From the human T2T-CHM13v2.0 reference genome, Homo sapiens: DNA of 64,000 nt. Shown here in pieces: positions 15,296 through 29,800 of the stretch. The notes beneath the pieces were generated by a model. The model saw only the letters and a list, made by a program, of their open reading frames with translations, did no database searches and had not been told where the DNA came from. The stretch lies in assembly GCF_009914755.1 (NCBI RefSeq), contig NC_060929.1; one strand, written 5' to 3'. The translations under genes were made by a program, and so were the position numbers. Every line of letters starts with the position of its first letter. The first letter of the stretch is position 1.

Positions 15296-15952
15296 CTGTT
15301 CAGCACATATTTAGTAGGGGCAGAAAGAAAAAAGATTTCTCTTGATAAAGTTGTATGCAAATTCAAAATAAGAAATGTATTACATATATAATTGTATTAT
15401 GTAAGGATATGTTAACTTTCTGGAAATATCTTTCCTTTAGCAGCTTTCTCATCACTTGTAACTGGATGAACTAGTCACTCATGCTCGCTGAGTGGAAAGG
15501 TAACTTCTAGCAATATCAGTCAAATCCTGTAGCTGCACATGACAGAATTTCTGTTTCACAGGAACAAAAACACAGTTCCAGTCCCAACTGGCTTTCAGTT
15601 ACAGAATTTGGAAAGTAATTATCTGACACAAACAGTGCTCTATTTTTATTTTCCATTTCAAACTCCGAATGTGAATCAGATTCTCACAAGAAATGTGACA
15701 GAAATAGGAGGAAAAGAAATGGATTTACTTATTCATTTACACTAGCTGAAGTAAGTCAATTCTCTGAAAAATTCAGTAAGACATTTTTCCACCTTTCCAT
15801 AGCTCTTATTCCATTTTTGCTTTATTACACAGTGTTCCACAACAGACTACTTTTTAGAAGAATGTTACCAAATTTAAAATGTATGTATTTCTTTTTACCA
15901 CATATGATGATAGGTAAGCAGTAACCTGTTAGGTTTCTGAGTTTTAATTGAT

Positions 15953-16532
15953 TGATATAATGGTTAATTTTACATGTCAACTTGACTAGTCTAAGGAAGG
16001 CCCACAGAGCTGATAAAACATGATTTCTAGATGTGTCTATGAGAATGTTTTTTTGAATCAGTAGATAGAGTAAAAAAGATCCCCCTCCCCAGAGTGGACA
16101 GGCACTATCTCATCTTTTGAGGGTCTAGATAGAACAATGAAAGCAAAGGAAGGGTGAATTTTTTCTCTCTCTTCTAGAGCTGGGGCGTTCATCTTCTCCT
16201 GCCCTCCGACCTCAGAGCTCCTGGTTGTTGAGCCTTCAGGCTTCGTAACTTACACCAGTAGCTTTCCTGGTTCTCAAGTCTTTGAACTTGGAATAGGAGT
16301 TACATTGTTGGCTGGCTTAGTTGCCAGGCCTTCAGACTAGGTTTAAATGACACCACCAGCTTTCTTGGTTCTCCAGCCTGCAGACAGCACATGGTAGGAC
16401 TGCTCAGTCTCCGTAATCATGTGAGCAAATTCCCACAGTAAATCTCCTCTTACCTACCTATCCATCTTTCTATCTATCTATCTGTTGATCCATATATACT
16501 TTGGTTCAATTTCCCTGGAGAATCCTAACTCA
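15953..16532 (+). mobile_element. MLT2 (ERVL) LTR
   Basis: atggttaattttacatgtcaacttgact at the 5' end, (TCTA)n-like tract, and tccctggagaatcctaact at the 3' end. Confidence 0.88.
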
Positions 16533-18057
16533 ATTAGAAATAAAGGTAATTTTATGTTACAGGGCTTTTAGAAGTATTGTCATTGCACCAAAGCAATCTG
16601 ACCCACTAATGAATGATGACAACTTTATTTGTTAAACAACTGCAAAAAGCATGAAAAAAGTATCAGAATATAGACTTATAAATAACATACAAAAAAACTG
16701 TACATTAGTGCAGACCAACATTTTTTATACTCCTCCATAAAGATAAACTAGCTATGGTAGAACTTTACTTCTACTTTAGAAGAAGGACAAGTTATTTAGA
16801 CGACTAGGCACAGAGGCATTTGTGATTACGTTAGATAGCAAGCATGATTCTTCCAAATATATTACCATTGTTGTCATAGCCTTTATAGCTTGGCATTTGG
16901 GACAGTGAAATAATTTGATGATATTAGAGTCTGACCCTGGGTAATCAATGAATGATAATGCCTGTTCTTCTAGAGCTAATACTCCTCCTCCTCCTTCTAC
17001 TATGACAGAAAACCCTGCAATTCTATAAATCTTCACCTACCCTACTACCAATATTTTGCTGTTTTCTTCTAAAGACAAAGTACTTAACTTGGATAAAGGA
17101 ATCTAAGTTCAGATAGTGATTCAGGGCTGTTATTTTTTTGGTAAAAATATTTCACTTATTACCCACCTTAAGCCTAGAGCTAAACTAATGTAGTCACCAG
17201 TAATTAACATTTTTCTAATTTCAAAATAAGTAGTATAACCATTAAAGCAGTTGTATGGAACAATCTGTAATCTATTAAGAGGGTTTTAAGTCATTTTATC
17301 AATATTCCTGGAACTGCATCAGAAGCAAATATTTGTTGCCCCAGAGCTAAGGTGATCATAAGGTTCATTATTAAATGTACACTGTATTTTATTATGGGAA
17401 ATCAGATATAGTCCAGGGATGCCAGGAGTGAAACATACCACGGCTTACTCACACAAATTTTAGAATACAATCTTTCCAGTTGCCTTTTACACCGTAAAAT
17501 TAATAGTGGATTTTGTTGCTATTAGAAACAAGAAAATGAAGAGTTTAATGAGTGAAACTTAGAAGGACAGAGAACAGATATAATATGTACAGCTTAGCCT
17601 TTGGAAAGATAGACAATAAAACAAATAAAAACCAAGGTCCTCGTACTGTACTCCTGAAAGGTAAGAGAGGATCTGAGAATAAGGGGTTATGGAAGGAGGG
17701 TAGATAACCTGACTCCAGCTTCAATATATTCTGGGAGAGGATTAATCTCTATAGATATACAATTTGAAGAGAAGGATTAGATAAACTTCTGTACATGTGC
17801 GAAGGAATCACCTGTATAAAAATGGTAAGTTTGGTAATATAATTTTCCATATCTTAAGTTCCAAGATGCTACAACTAAAAAAGTGGCTTAAGTTGAAATA
17901 CCCTCTTGAAAAATATTTGATTATTTATGAATTAAATAATTAATATCCTCTCTAAAATTTCAAGTTAAATTATCAAGATTCAACTACAATCTAGTGAATT
18001 CTGTTTTATTTGAAATAGTCCTACAAATAGCATTGCATCATGAAATATAACTAACTT

Positions 18058-18538
18058 TGTAGTGGTGACTAATTTTATGTATCATCCTGACTGGGCTAAG
18101 GGATGTCCAGAGAGGTGGTAAAATGTTATTTCTGAATGTGTCTGTGAGAGTATTTCCAGAAGATATTAGTATTTATATCAGTATTTGGGATTAGCACTTA
18201 ATTCAACATGGGTGGGATCCATACAATCAATTGAGAGACCAAATAGAAGAAAAAGATGGAGAAAGGGTGAGTTCTTTATGTCATAGATGGGACATCCATC
18301 AGTCTTGCTCTCCAAAATTGGCACTCCTGATTCTCAGTTCTTTTTACTTGTATTGAATGACATCGCAAGCTGTCCTGGTTCCAATGTTGAGACAGAAGAT
18401 AATGGGATTTCTTGGCCTCCATTAACAATGTAAACCAATTCCCATAAATCGATCCCTTTTTTTCTCTCCCTCTCTCTCTTTCTCTCTCTCCCCCAATATT
18501 CTATAGGTTCTGTTTTTCTGTAGAACCCTAATATAAAC
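18058..18538 (+). mobile_element. MLT2 (MLT2D-like) ERVL LTR
   Basis: taattttatgtatcatcctgactgggctaagggatg...ggttctgtttttctgtagaacccta. Confidence 0.85.
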
Positions 18539-18699
18539 TATAACTGACCTATAATGTGTGTAATAGCATATGTAAGTACCATTTATTTTTTAAAAGCCAT
18601 GCATGAAATATACAGGTATAAATCCCCTTCAGTGATATAATTTGATAAATAAGACCTTCACACTGTTAAATATGATAATTCAATGTGTGAAATATGTTC

Positions 18700-21600
18700 T
18701 AGACTTCTAGTTCAGATAAGATGATATACACTCATTTTTCCCTATTCCTTCCTGACAAGTACAATTATAAACCCTGGAAGTCACACAAGGGACAAATGTA
18801 AGTGATTTCTGAAAGGTATGAAAAAGGCAAGCTTGTTTGCAGCCTTAGGTCTGGAGAAATAGGTCAGCAGCAGGGTATCTTGTATCCCCTGAACCAACAG
18901 AAAAAGGCTACCCAGGCCTAGTGTTTCCTGTCCCACAACCTGACAGCAAAAGGCAGCTCAGCTTCTTGCAGAGAAATGAGCTTACCCATTTCAAACAGAA
19001 GTGTCTCTGAAAACATCAGGCAAACATGACAGCTTTGCCAAGGGATATTGCTTGGGAGCCCCACCAAGAATAAGCAGTCAGTAGAAGCATTCTGCTTCTT
19101 CATAAATTATGAGACTTCCTTTATCACTAAGAACTACTGAGGCAGGTTGTCTGGAAAGAGTTGACAACAGTTATCCTGGTCCAGAAGCATGTTTGACTTC
19201 GTGGTGTCATGATTCCCCATCCTTGTCCAAGGACTGTCCAAGGACACCAGGAAAGCTCTGTCTAAGTACAGCAGGAAAACTGAAGTTCAGCAGTAATGGA
19301 ATTGCTCCACATGATGGCTCCACCAAGCAACATCCACAGAATGGTCTAAGGGAAACCCATTTTGTGCCATCATGCAGCACCAGTGGCTCCAGATAAACTT
19401 AGTAAGACTGAAATAAATATAGGCACTGAAAATACCCTGCCATTTAAATCACAGTCCACAAAAATTAGGCCAAGCCCCACATGCTAAACCTAAACTTGGT
19501 GAGTGACTTAAAATAGACTTTAACAAGACTAATTTAAACAAGACTCTGAATATTCTATCATAATAAGAAAAATGTCTGGGAACTAAAAAGAAAATCACCT
19601 ACTATACCAAGAACGGAGAAAATTGTAACTTAAATGAAAAAAAATAATCAATTGATGTCAACACCGCAATGAACCAATTACTGGAAATATCTGACAAGGG
19701 TTTAAAAGTAGCTTTTATAAAAATGCTTCATTAATACATTAAGAACTTATTTTGAACGAAGTGAAATATACATAATCTCAGCAAAAAATAAAAGTTATTT
19801 TAAAAATAACTAAGTAGAATTATAGAACAAGAAAACAAAATAACAGGAATGAAAACATTGCTGGATAGGTTGAGTAGTAGAGTGGAGATGACAGAATAGA
19901 ATCAGTTAACTTGAGAACAGAACAATAAAGTTCACCCAATCTGCAAAACAGAGAGAAAAACTGTCTCAGGGACACAAGGGACAATAAAAAAGGTCCAATA
20001 TTTCTGTTACTAAAATTCTGGGATAAAATGGAAAAATGACTGACACTAGAAGAATTTTAAAGATATAATGACTGAAAACTTTTTCCCAGATTTGGTGAAA
20101 ATCAAAACCTACAGATCCAAGAAGCTGAGAGAATTCCAAACAGGTTAAATTCAAACAAATCCACAACAAGATTTAACATAATTAATCCTTTGAAAACTAA
20201 AAATATAAAAGAACATTTTTTGAAAGCAGCCAGAGTAAAGTGATGCATTACCTGAAAGGAAAGGCAATTCAAATGACAGTAGATTTCGCATGTAACACCA
20301 TTGAGACTTAAAAAACCTGGTGCAGTATTTTGCAAGTTTTGAAAGAGTAGAACTGTCAACTACAGATTCTGCATGTGGCAGAAATGCTCTTCAAGAATGA
20401 AGGAAAATAAAACTATTTTCAGATAAAGGCAAACTAAAAGGATCTGTTGATATCAGACATACCTTATTGGTTGGCTAAAGGGAGTTCTTCAAATAGAAAG
20501 GAAATGACACACAAAAGAATACTGAAACTGAAGCAACAAGGGGAAGAGCAGAAAAGTGAAAAAATGCAATAGGCTGTTCTTTCCTTCATGAGTTTTATCT
20601 ATCATATTTAAATATTGAAACAAAAATTAAAACACCATATGATATCCAAGGCTATAAGTGAAGAAAGTCACAGAACCAAAATGGAAGTGAAGCTTTCACA
20701 CTTCCTTCAAAATGGTAAAATGTTGATATGTGTAGATGGTTAAAAGTCACCTATGTTTGTGGTAACCCCTAAAGCAACCACAGTGAGAAATATACAAAGA
20801 AGTACACTCAAAAACAGAATAAATTAATTAGGACAGAATCTTTAATAATGTTCACGTAACACAAAGAATAGCATAAAAAAGAAACAAAGAAATGAGAAAC
20901 AGAGAAAACAAATGTAAGATATATAATAAAATAGCACTCCTCATTAATCACTAATTATCTTAAATATAAATGATTTAAATAAAATAATTAGAGAAGGCAT
21001 ACTGAACACACAAATTACTATCCAACTGTATGCTGCTTTTAAAAAAATTACTTCAAATTCAATGACACAGGTAGATTTTGAAAGTAAAATAATGGAAAAT
21101 ACTATACCATGTAAATTTTTTTTTATAAAAGTAGGAATGATTGAATTAATATTGGACAAAATACAATTTGGAGCAAGGAAAAACATGTCTGCTCTAGTAA
21201 CTCTTATCCAACTTAGTAACTTCTACTCAGTGCAACTATAAGGCAGAAAAAGAAAATAAAATACTTAAAGATCATAAAGGTCAGAATAAAATTATTCCTA
21301 TTTTTAGGTAATGTTATTTTCCATGTAGCAAATCCCAATGAATCTACAAACAAAACAAAACAAAGAAATAAACTAAAACTCATACAACTAAGTGAGTTCA
21401 ACAAGTTGGTAGGATAGAAGATCATCAAACACAAATCAATACTAACAATGAATATTCAAAAACTGAAATTAAAACAATTGCATTTACAATCACTAAAAGA
21501 ACTACTGCCACATGTAATAAAACATGCACATAATGTTTTATGCACTGAATGCTGAAAATTACAAAATACTAATGAAAGAAATCAAAGACAAACAAAATAA

Positions 21601-22310
21601 ATTAAGATATTACATTTATTAACTGGGAGACACAACAGACTAAAATGTCAGTTCTTCCCAAATCTATAGGTTGAATGCAATGATTTTTGAAATCCCAGCT
21701 TGAATTTTTTTTATAAATATAGGCAAGCCTATTCTAAAAATTCTATGGAAAGACACAGGCCTTCAATTAATTAAAACACTCTTGATGAGGAAGAAAATCA
21801 TAAGAATTACTCTTTGATATTAATGCTGGTGATAAAGCTACAGTGGACAAGACAGTGTGGTGTTGCAGAGAGAAACATAGATTAATGGGACAGGATAGAT
21901 GACCCAAAATAGAACTCCACAAATATCTTCAGCTGACTTTTGACAAAGTTGCTAGTGGGTATGGTTATAAAATGCCAGTGAAAGATCCTAGTGGTTTTGA
22001 AACTGTTCAGTATCATAACTATAATGTTGGGGATACATGGACCTAGGCAGTAGATAACATTATTATACAATTTAATACCCACATATACACATAAAATGGG
22101 ACAAGGAGATGTGGGGGAATCTGAATAAGGTTGTTGGATTTTTATCAAGGATAACATCCTGGTTCTAATATCAAACTCTTAAAATCTAGTTGTGAAAAAT
22201 ATTGCCAATGAGGGGTATTGGGAAAATTTGCAAAGGATGTCTCCGTATTATATTTTACAAATAAATGTTAATTTGCAATTATCTCAATAAAAATCTTCAT
22301 TAAAAAATTA
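18700..22310 (+). mobile_element. Old L1 (L1MC/L1MD-like): 5'UTR, ORF1, internally deleted ORF2 and 3'UTR
   Basis: gacttctagttcagataagatg 5' end. ORF1-like acagatccaagaagctgagagaattccaaacagg. ORF2-like gttcaacaagttggtaggatagaagatca. 3' end aattatctcaataaaa. Confidence 0.8.
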
Positions 22311-22829
22311 TGCTCAATTGAAACAATGTAAATAATCTGTGATGAATTTCCAGACCTTTGGAAATACTCATACCTGATAAGCATTTTTATCTTTGAATTG
22401 GACTTGGGTAGTGGGGTGTGTGGGGTATGAATGAAATGAGGCTCTGCTTTCTAGCAAAAATAAATGCTTTTTTTCCCTCATATTTCATATCATGAAGCAA
22501 GTTTTAGAAAAAAATCTCAAAAAGTTACCATTTATCTCCATGCTTTTAACAGAATTAATTTGAAATTATATTACATGTTGAAAATCAATTTCCGCTCATT
22601 CTAAAACTACAAGATAAATCTTAGTGTTTTAAAGCTTAGTGTTTTTATTCCGCTAATTATTTAATTCAAATATTGATTAAAATATATTACTGGATTTTTA
22701 GGTAAATAGATTATAAAACATACCTGACATGATAACATATCTTTGGAAATTAGGGAAATTGGGTGGAATATTTCATTATTATATGGCATATGTAAACACA
22801 ATTATACTGATATTAACATAAATTAAGAT

Positions 22830-23337
22830 ACCTTTTTAAAGGCTAAACAATACATTATTATATATTAATACTACATTTTCTTTATCCATTTATCTGTCAA
22901 TGGACATTTGGGTGTTTCCATATTTTACGTATTACAAATAATGCCAAAATGGACACAGGTGTGCAGGTATCTCTTCATGATGCTGATGTCACCATTAGCA
23001 ACAATATGGATGAACGTAGAAGACACTACGCTTAGCAAAATGAGCTAGTCACAGAAGAGCAAATACTACATCATTTCACTTATATGGGATATCTAAAATA
23101 TTCAGTCTCACACAAGCATACAAGAGAATTGTGGATGCAATGGGCTGGGGGAAGGGAGAAATGTGAAGTGTTTGTTCAATGGGTGTGAAGTGTTTTGTTC
23201 AATGGGTATAAAGTTTTCATTATGTAAGATAAATATGTTCTGGAGATCTATTGTACAACATAGTATCTATAGTTAACAATATGGTATTGTTCACCTTAAA
23301 ACATGTTAACAGGAATGTTCCCATGTTAAATATTCTC

Positions 23338-23377
<40 letters not shown>

Positions 23378-23545
23378 ACATACATAAGGAAAATTTTGAG
23401 GGTGATGAATGTGTTTAGTAACTTGATTGCTGTTGATTGTGGTGATGTCATGGGTATAAACATGTGTCTAAATTTATTTAAATGTATACATTATCTAGGA
23501 GTAATTTTTTTATATCTATTATACCTCAATAAATCTTTAAAAAGA
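22830..23545 (+). mobile_element. L1MA/L1MB 3' end with 5' inversion (22830-22985 antisense)
   Basis: Antisense cattttctttatccattt...tggacatttggg is joined to sense gcaacaatatggatgaac...atacctcaataaa. Confidence 0.85.
23339..23376. repeat. (CA)n microsatellite inside the L1 3'UTR
   Basis: Read directly from the sequence. Confidence 0.97.
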
Positions 23546-24763
23546 TAACTTTGCTGCTACACTACTATTTCAGAAGATTATTTTTTTCCTGTTGTCTAAC
23601 ATCTAACACAATGAAGAACAATGAAGTTTAGTATGTTAGCTAAAATCGGTGACTAGTTGACACTGAAAATGAGGTTCGTATCATGCATTATCTTTTATGT
23701 GCTTGATAGCCCCAATGCTTAGCACATGCAAACTTTTCAAACCAACTACCATTTTTCAAGAAGCATTATAACACAAACAGATACATTCATCTTTATGTGA
23801 GTTTCCCCAGTTTTTCTGTTCAAGATGGAAGATGGAGCACAAGCTTTATATTTTTTTCTTCTTTCTAAAGTCCCATTAAATTATTAAAAGGATTTAAAAG
23901 ATTTAAACTTCCCACAAAGTAAAGTTTGTAGGGTTTGCTCTCAACACAATAGATAGTTCAATAAGATCCTCAAAGACAAATTGTAAATAAAGTAATAAAT
24001 GATTGATAAAGAGAGAGAAGGATAAAAGAAACCATATCCTTAAAAACACTATTGAAAGGCTTCTGCTGTGCAACTCTTTGACCTGTTTTGCATTTTTCCT
24101 GAGAAGCTCAGGAGTCAAACATTCCAAGCATAATGGCAGGTGGGGGCAAGATAGCTCTAAAAGATAAAGGTTAATGGAAAATATTTATAGAAAAAGTACT
24201 TAATGTCTCCAACCAGAGCATTTAGCACGTAGTCATAAACCTCTGCCAACAATTGTGCCTATTCTTGGAAAAAAAATGTATGTAATTTTTTTAAGAACAA
24301 TATTAATTATGATGTCTGGGATAACGGAAGGAGTCAGTGATGAAGGGAACTCAAATTCTCCTCATTTACCTGAATGTCTTATAAACCCAAAGAGGGGTTT
24401 TCTGTATCCTCATCCAAAAAAATGGAAAGTAATTGTAACCTATTAGTTAATGAGGACAAGAATAAATGTATCAGTATTTTATATATATTGAAAAGGCAAT
24501 CAAAGGAAGAACTATAAAATTAAAGATAAAACACTATGAGGACAAGGGAAAAAGAGGTAGGATTTGTGTAAACCATTGGATTCTCACATACCATAGCAGA
24601 AAATCAAGATAAAATAGACTCTGGTTAAAACAAAAATACTAAACTATTATAGGTTGGTTTTTATCTGTAAGGAAGAGCTCTGAGTAGAAAATGGTAGGAA
24701 AAAAAATGGAGAGTACTTCTGTACTATTTTATTTTTCCATGACAGGCATGTACTACATTCATA

Positions 24764-25030
24764 ATAATCCCAGCATTTTGGGAGGCCGAGTCGGGCAGAT
24801 TGCCTGAGCTCGGGAGTCCGCGACCAGCCTGGGCAACACGGTGAAGCCCAGTCTTTATTAAAATACAAAAAATTAGCCGGTGTGGCAGCATGCACATGCA
24901 GTCCCAGCTACTCAGGAGGCTGAGGCAGGAGAATTGCCTCACTGCTTGAGGTTGCAGTGAGCTGAGATTGCGCCACTGCACTCCAGCCTGGGCAACAAAA
25001 TGACACTCCGTCTCAGAACAACAACAATGA
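24764..25030 (+). mobile_element. AluS, 5'-truncated, with a short replacement/deletion in the right arm
   Basis: taatcccagc...gattgcctgagctcgggag...ccgtctc. The usual tgaacccgggaggcg is absent near 24940. Confidence 0.92.
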
Positions 25031-25330
25031 AAATAGAAATTAACATAATACAATAATAGAGGTGGCATGAAGACGTGTAGAGAAAAAAATCCTTGGTTTC
25101 CTTTAACAGTATCTTTTTTAAAAGAATATTTTCATTTAGAAATTTCTTCCTCAGCATTACTCAAAGCCAGGCAAAAAGACTAAGTACACGTATGTTTCAT
25201 TACGTTAATCACTATTTTACAGGTGTCAGTCATTGAAACAATGTAGTAAAGTCTAACACTGTCAAAGGTCTGTGTCACTTTATTCAAGGTACCCTTATAT
25301 ATCATACTGTTTAATAAAATGAGTCTAAAG

Positions 25331-25512
25331 ACCAATGGTTCTCAAAGTTACATATCAATTCAGTATAATTTCAGTAGCTTTAGAAAATATTGATATCCAA
25401 GTCCTATTTTCAGATTGGCTTACTTAATTGATCTGAATGTATAATTTGGGCATAAGGATTTTTTAAAATCTCCTGATGTGATTCTATCATCCAAACAAGG
25501 TTGAAAACAACA
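25331..25512. mobile_element. MER5 (hAT-Charlie MITE)
   Basis: Terminal inverted repeats caatggttctcaaa ... ttgaaaacaac; length ~180 bp. Confidence 0.75.
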
Positions 25513-26619
25513 GACACATACTTTATTCATATTTTTCCCAAGGGAATATACACCAGATCAGAGCTTTGTTTTTAATATATCAGCCCAAATTTAGCATATT
25601 CTTATTTCTTTGTTTTCAACATTCTTTACAGACACTAAGAAAACTACAGCTGCAAAGTGCAGAATAAAAAACAACTTACATGCAAATTAACAGCTCTCCA
25701 GAAAGAGCTTTTGGTCTCCCACAGCTGCATTACTTATTGACAGTTCCCCCCCAACACCATACAAATATTTACTTACTTAATGTTGTTTGTGCCAATAATT
25801 GATATGTAATTAGATATTATTTTGCCATTCTCTATCTAAATGTTTACTAAAATTGTAACAAAATTGAAAAATCACCCTCATCAATTTAATTAAATGGAAC
25901 ACTAATAACAGGGTTCAAAGAACAAGCATAACAATGACAATCCTACATTAAAAAGTAAAAAAAATTAGCATAAACTCATAACATAAATCATACGTAAAAG
26001 AGAAATGTAATCCTCAGCAAAATATATATGACTCCCTTATATCATTTTCTTTCTGCTTGGTGTTCTTTTATTTTAATTAAAAATAGTTTATGCTGCCTCA
26101 AATACTATAAATGTGTTTAATACTTCTCATAATTTTGATATAACAATAGGAAGAACTCAAGCATGCAAAGTAGCTAATGAACTGAACAAGCAATTACCGA
26201 ACAGACAAGATGTTCCAGAACAAGTTTATGAATCATTACTTTTAGTTTTATATATATAACCTGACAAGTAAAATCTCTTTTTCAAAACAGGTTGGTGGAC
26301 ACTGGAGTAAGTTTAAAAAAGAAAGGTAGTGACCTCTAATTCTTCTGAGATGCTGCTTACTTTAAAATAAAATGAATTATATTTAATATATCTTGATGGC
26401 ATAACAGATAAGATAAAATAACAAAGTAAAATTCAAATATGTTAAAATTTCCCAAAGAGTTGAGGCATTATACTAGGTATATGCTGGGCATATGTGTTTG
26501 TGTGTGTGTGCGTGTATGTGTGTCTTTCATGTACACCCATCTTACTTTTGAAAAATCAATACTCTATTGTGAAACTTTTGGTATGAAACCTTCAAGGGGC
26601 AGATTTTGCCTCTTCCTTA

Positions 26620-27000
26620 CTTAAGCTGCCAGATCACTGGCTCATGACTTAGGCTGGGCCAAAAAATGCTCTTGTCTGGAGCTTTGAAATTTGACCAAGT
26701 GACACAAAGACCAAGGGAAAAATATTATTTACGGTTGTGTTATCAAGAACAAAGAAGTAGCAGCAATAATAGTTTAAGTCTGGTGACGGAAGTGTCATGG
26801 GCAATGGTCTGGCCCAATTGTTCCTAAGGTGTCAGCGTGGCTGCACTTTCAGCTATTCAGCCTCCCTCGGTTTCTGTTTTATTTTCACCCTTCCTCACTG
26901 GCCTTTCTGCCAATTGTGAAAACTATTCAAAATCCATCCAAAAAGTCACTTTTACGCTTAAATTACTCAGAGCCGGATTCTGTTACAGTTAAGAAGGTGA
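26620..27000 (+). mobile_element. Old ERVL LTR (LTR33/LTR16-like) fragment
   Basis: catgacttaggctgggccaa and 3' end gcttaaattactcagagccggattctgtt. Confidence 0.5.
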
Positions 27001-27299
27001 TCTACTGAACCATGCCTTTGGGTACAAATACTCCACAAACTCGCACATTTATAAATACAGTGAACAATAACAATGCATGCTATCTGAAACCAAGATGAAG
27101 TGAGTCTGACTTAACTCTCCCAGTCTTCGTAACATTTTTACATATTAGAGTTAGGTATTAGATTCATAATGTCTCACACGCATATGAGTTTATGTGACCT
27201 TTACAGACTCATCGCTTTAGATCCATTTTGCAAATGTGGCTACATTTTCTTCCTAATTAGTCTAAACAAGTACTGTCTGATATTGTAACTGAAAGCTTA

Positions 27300-27466
27300 G
27301 ACACATATTTAAATTTAAAGTAATGAAATCTAAACATTCAGCCTCTCAGTTGCACTAGCCACATTTGAAATGTGCAGTAGTCACATGTAGCTAGTGACTA
27401 TCGTAATAGTGCAGATGTACAACATAACCACAACTGCACAGTTATGTTGGCCAGCACTGGTCTAAA
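27300..27466. mobile_element. MER3/MER33 (hAT-Charlie) fragment
   Basis: tcagttgcactagccacatttgaaatgtgc...cacatgtagctagtgacta...cagcactggtcta. Confidence 0.8.
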
Positions 27467-27742
27467 CCCATTATGGTAATTCAGCCTTTTCCCAGCGAGT
27501 AATTCTGAAATCCAGACTTCAGTCATTTGGCACAGGTCGACTGTCATTCATCGAGGTAATCCAGTAAGACGCAAAGCAAGAATGTTTACATTTTCAATAA
27601 AATACATTTCTTATTTTACATTTTATTTTATATTTCTGATTAAGCTAGCTAATAAATTGTTTTCAACCAAAAGACGTTGATTGATAAACTGGTACCTAGA
27701 AATGATTGATAAACTAGTACCTACCTTAAAAGATAAATCCTA

Positions 27743-28264
<522 letters not shown>

Positions 28265-28854
28265 CTATTGGGCACTTAACATTCTCCCATACCTAGGTAA
28301 TCCTTTCTATAATAAAATATAGAAACTGACTGAACTATATAGCCTGTAAATCTAGGTACTTGGACCTCACACAATTTGTTAATTTGCCACTTTCGAGGGT
28401 TGGTCAAAATCCCAATCAAATTATTTGTATCTCTGATTCTACCTGTGCCTACACCCTGTTCTACTCTTCAGGTATATAAGCTCAGAAATTACTTCCCATT
28501 ATTAAGCTTGTTTCAGATGGTTTATTCCAGGGCCAGCAGGAAATTACTAACCAATATAAACATCATTAAAACAGATAAGAGATCAGGATGATTATCATGT
28601 TGAGAAACATGTAAATTTTCACATGCCCTGGATTATTAATGAGGGCGATGACTAAAACAGTTGAAGAAGATACATACGTCTACTACAAATAAGTAAATAA
28701 TCCATGGATTCCCATTAATTTATAGTCTTCTTCTATCACTAGTCAATATTCTTGAATATGGCTCAGCCTCTGAAGATTACTAAGTCTCTTCAGGAGAAAA
28801 TAGCCACCTAGGCATAAAATCAGCTATGGAAAAAAATCATTATTATTATTATGA

Positions 28855-29149
28855 TTTTTTTTTTTGGACAGGGTGTGGCTCTGTCACCCAGGCTGAAGTC
28901 CCATGGCACACAATCTCAACTCACGGCAGCCTCTGCCTACAAGGTTCAAATGATCCTCCCACCTCAGCCTCCCAGGTAGCTGAGACTACAGGCGTACACC
29001 ACCACACCTGGCTAATTTTTGTATTTATTGAGGAGATGGGATTTTGCCCTGTTTCTCAGGCTAGTCTCAAAACTCCTGGGCTCAAGAGATCCACCTGCCT
29101 CAGCCTCCCAAAGTATTGGGATCACAGACATGAGCCACCATTTCTAGCC
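28855..29149 (-). mobile_element. AluJ, the only minus-strand Alu in the window
   Basis: acagggt...ctctgtcacccaggctg, tgatcctcccacctcagcc and ctcctgggctcaag are AluJ-type features. Confidence 0.92.
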
Positions 29150-29159
29150 GAAAATATAT

Positions 29160-29800
29160 CATTCTTATATTATTCTCACTGGAGCATCAGATTTTGTTAT
29201 CCACGTCCTCCTTGAAACTTTCTCCTTTGTCTACTATGATTTCACTTCCACTTGATTCTACGCCCTCTGCAGAATTTTAATTTCAAACTCTCTGTGAAGT
29301 CCCAGTTTTCTCTTTCCCCTTTGAAGTTTTTGTTCTTCAGAATTCCATTCTGAATAAGATATCCATATGTGTTTTCCTAACTCTTTCTCCATGGCTTCAA
29401 TTACCATCTAAACTCCAGTGTCTCCTGATGCTACTCTTTAGCCTACATCTCTCTGTAATACTTTGCATTTTTCTATACCTGCCTATCTGCAGGCCCACAA
29501 AACACCCAGATGAAGCCTGTCCAAATAACTTCATCACTCTCATGCCCTTTACTCATCAGTCCTTTAATACAAGCCGGAGCCTGCCAACCACCTTCAAATA
29601 GTCCTGCAGCCCTTTTTTTTTCCCTTTCAACAGACACAAAGTCGTGTCAATTCTACATCTTAAAAAATATTTAATCAATCTATTTCCTTCTCTCAATTTC
29701 TTCTACAATTGTCAAATTCCTGTCTAGATTTGTGCAACAACAAAGCATCCTCTCTGATGCCAAGCTTGTTCTAAATGTCACAATTTCATTTACCACTTGG
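29160..29800 (+). mobile_element. L2 fragment
   Basis: Pyrimidine-rich L2 text: ccatggcttcaattaccatcta, aagtcgtgtcaattctac. Confidence 0.7.
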
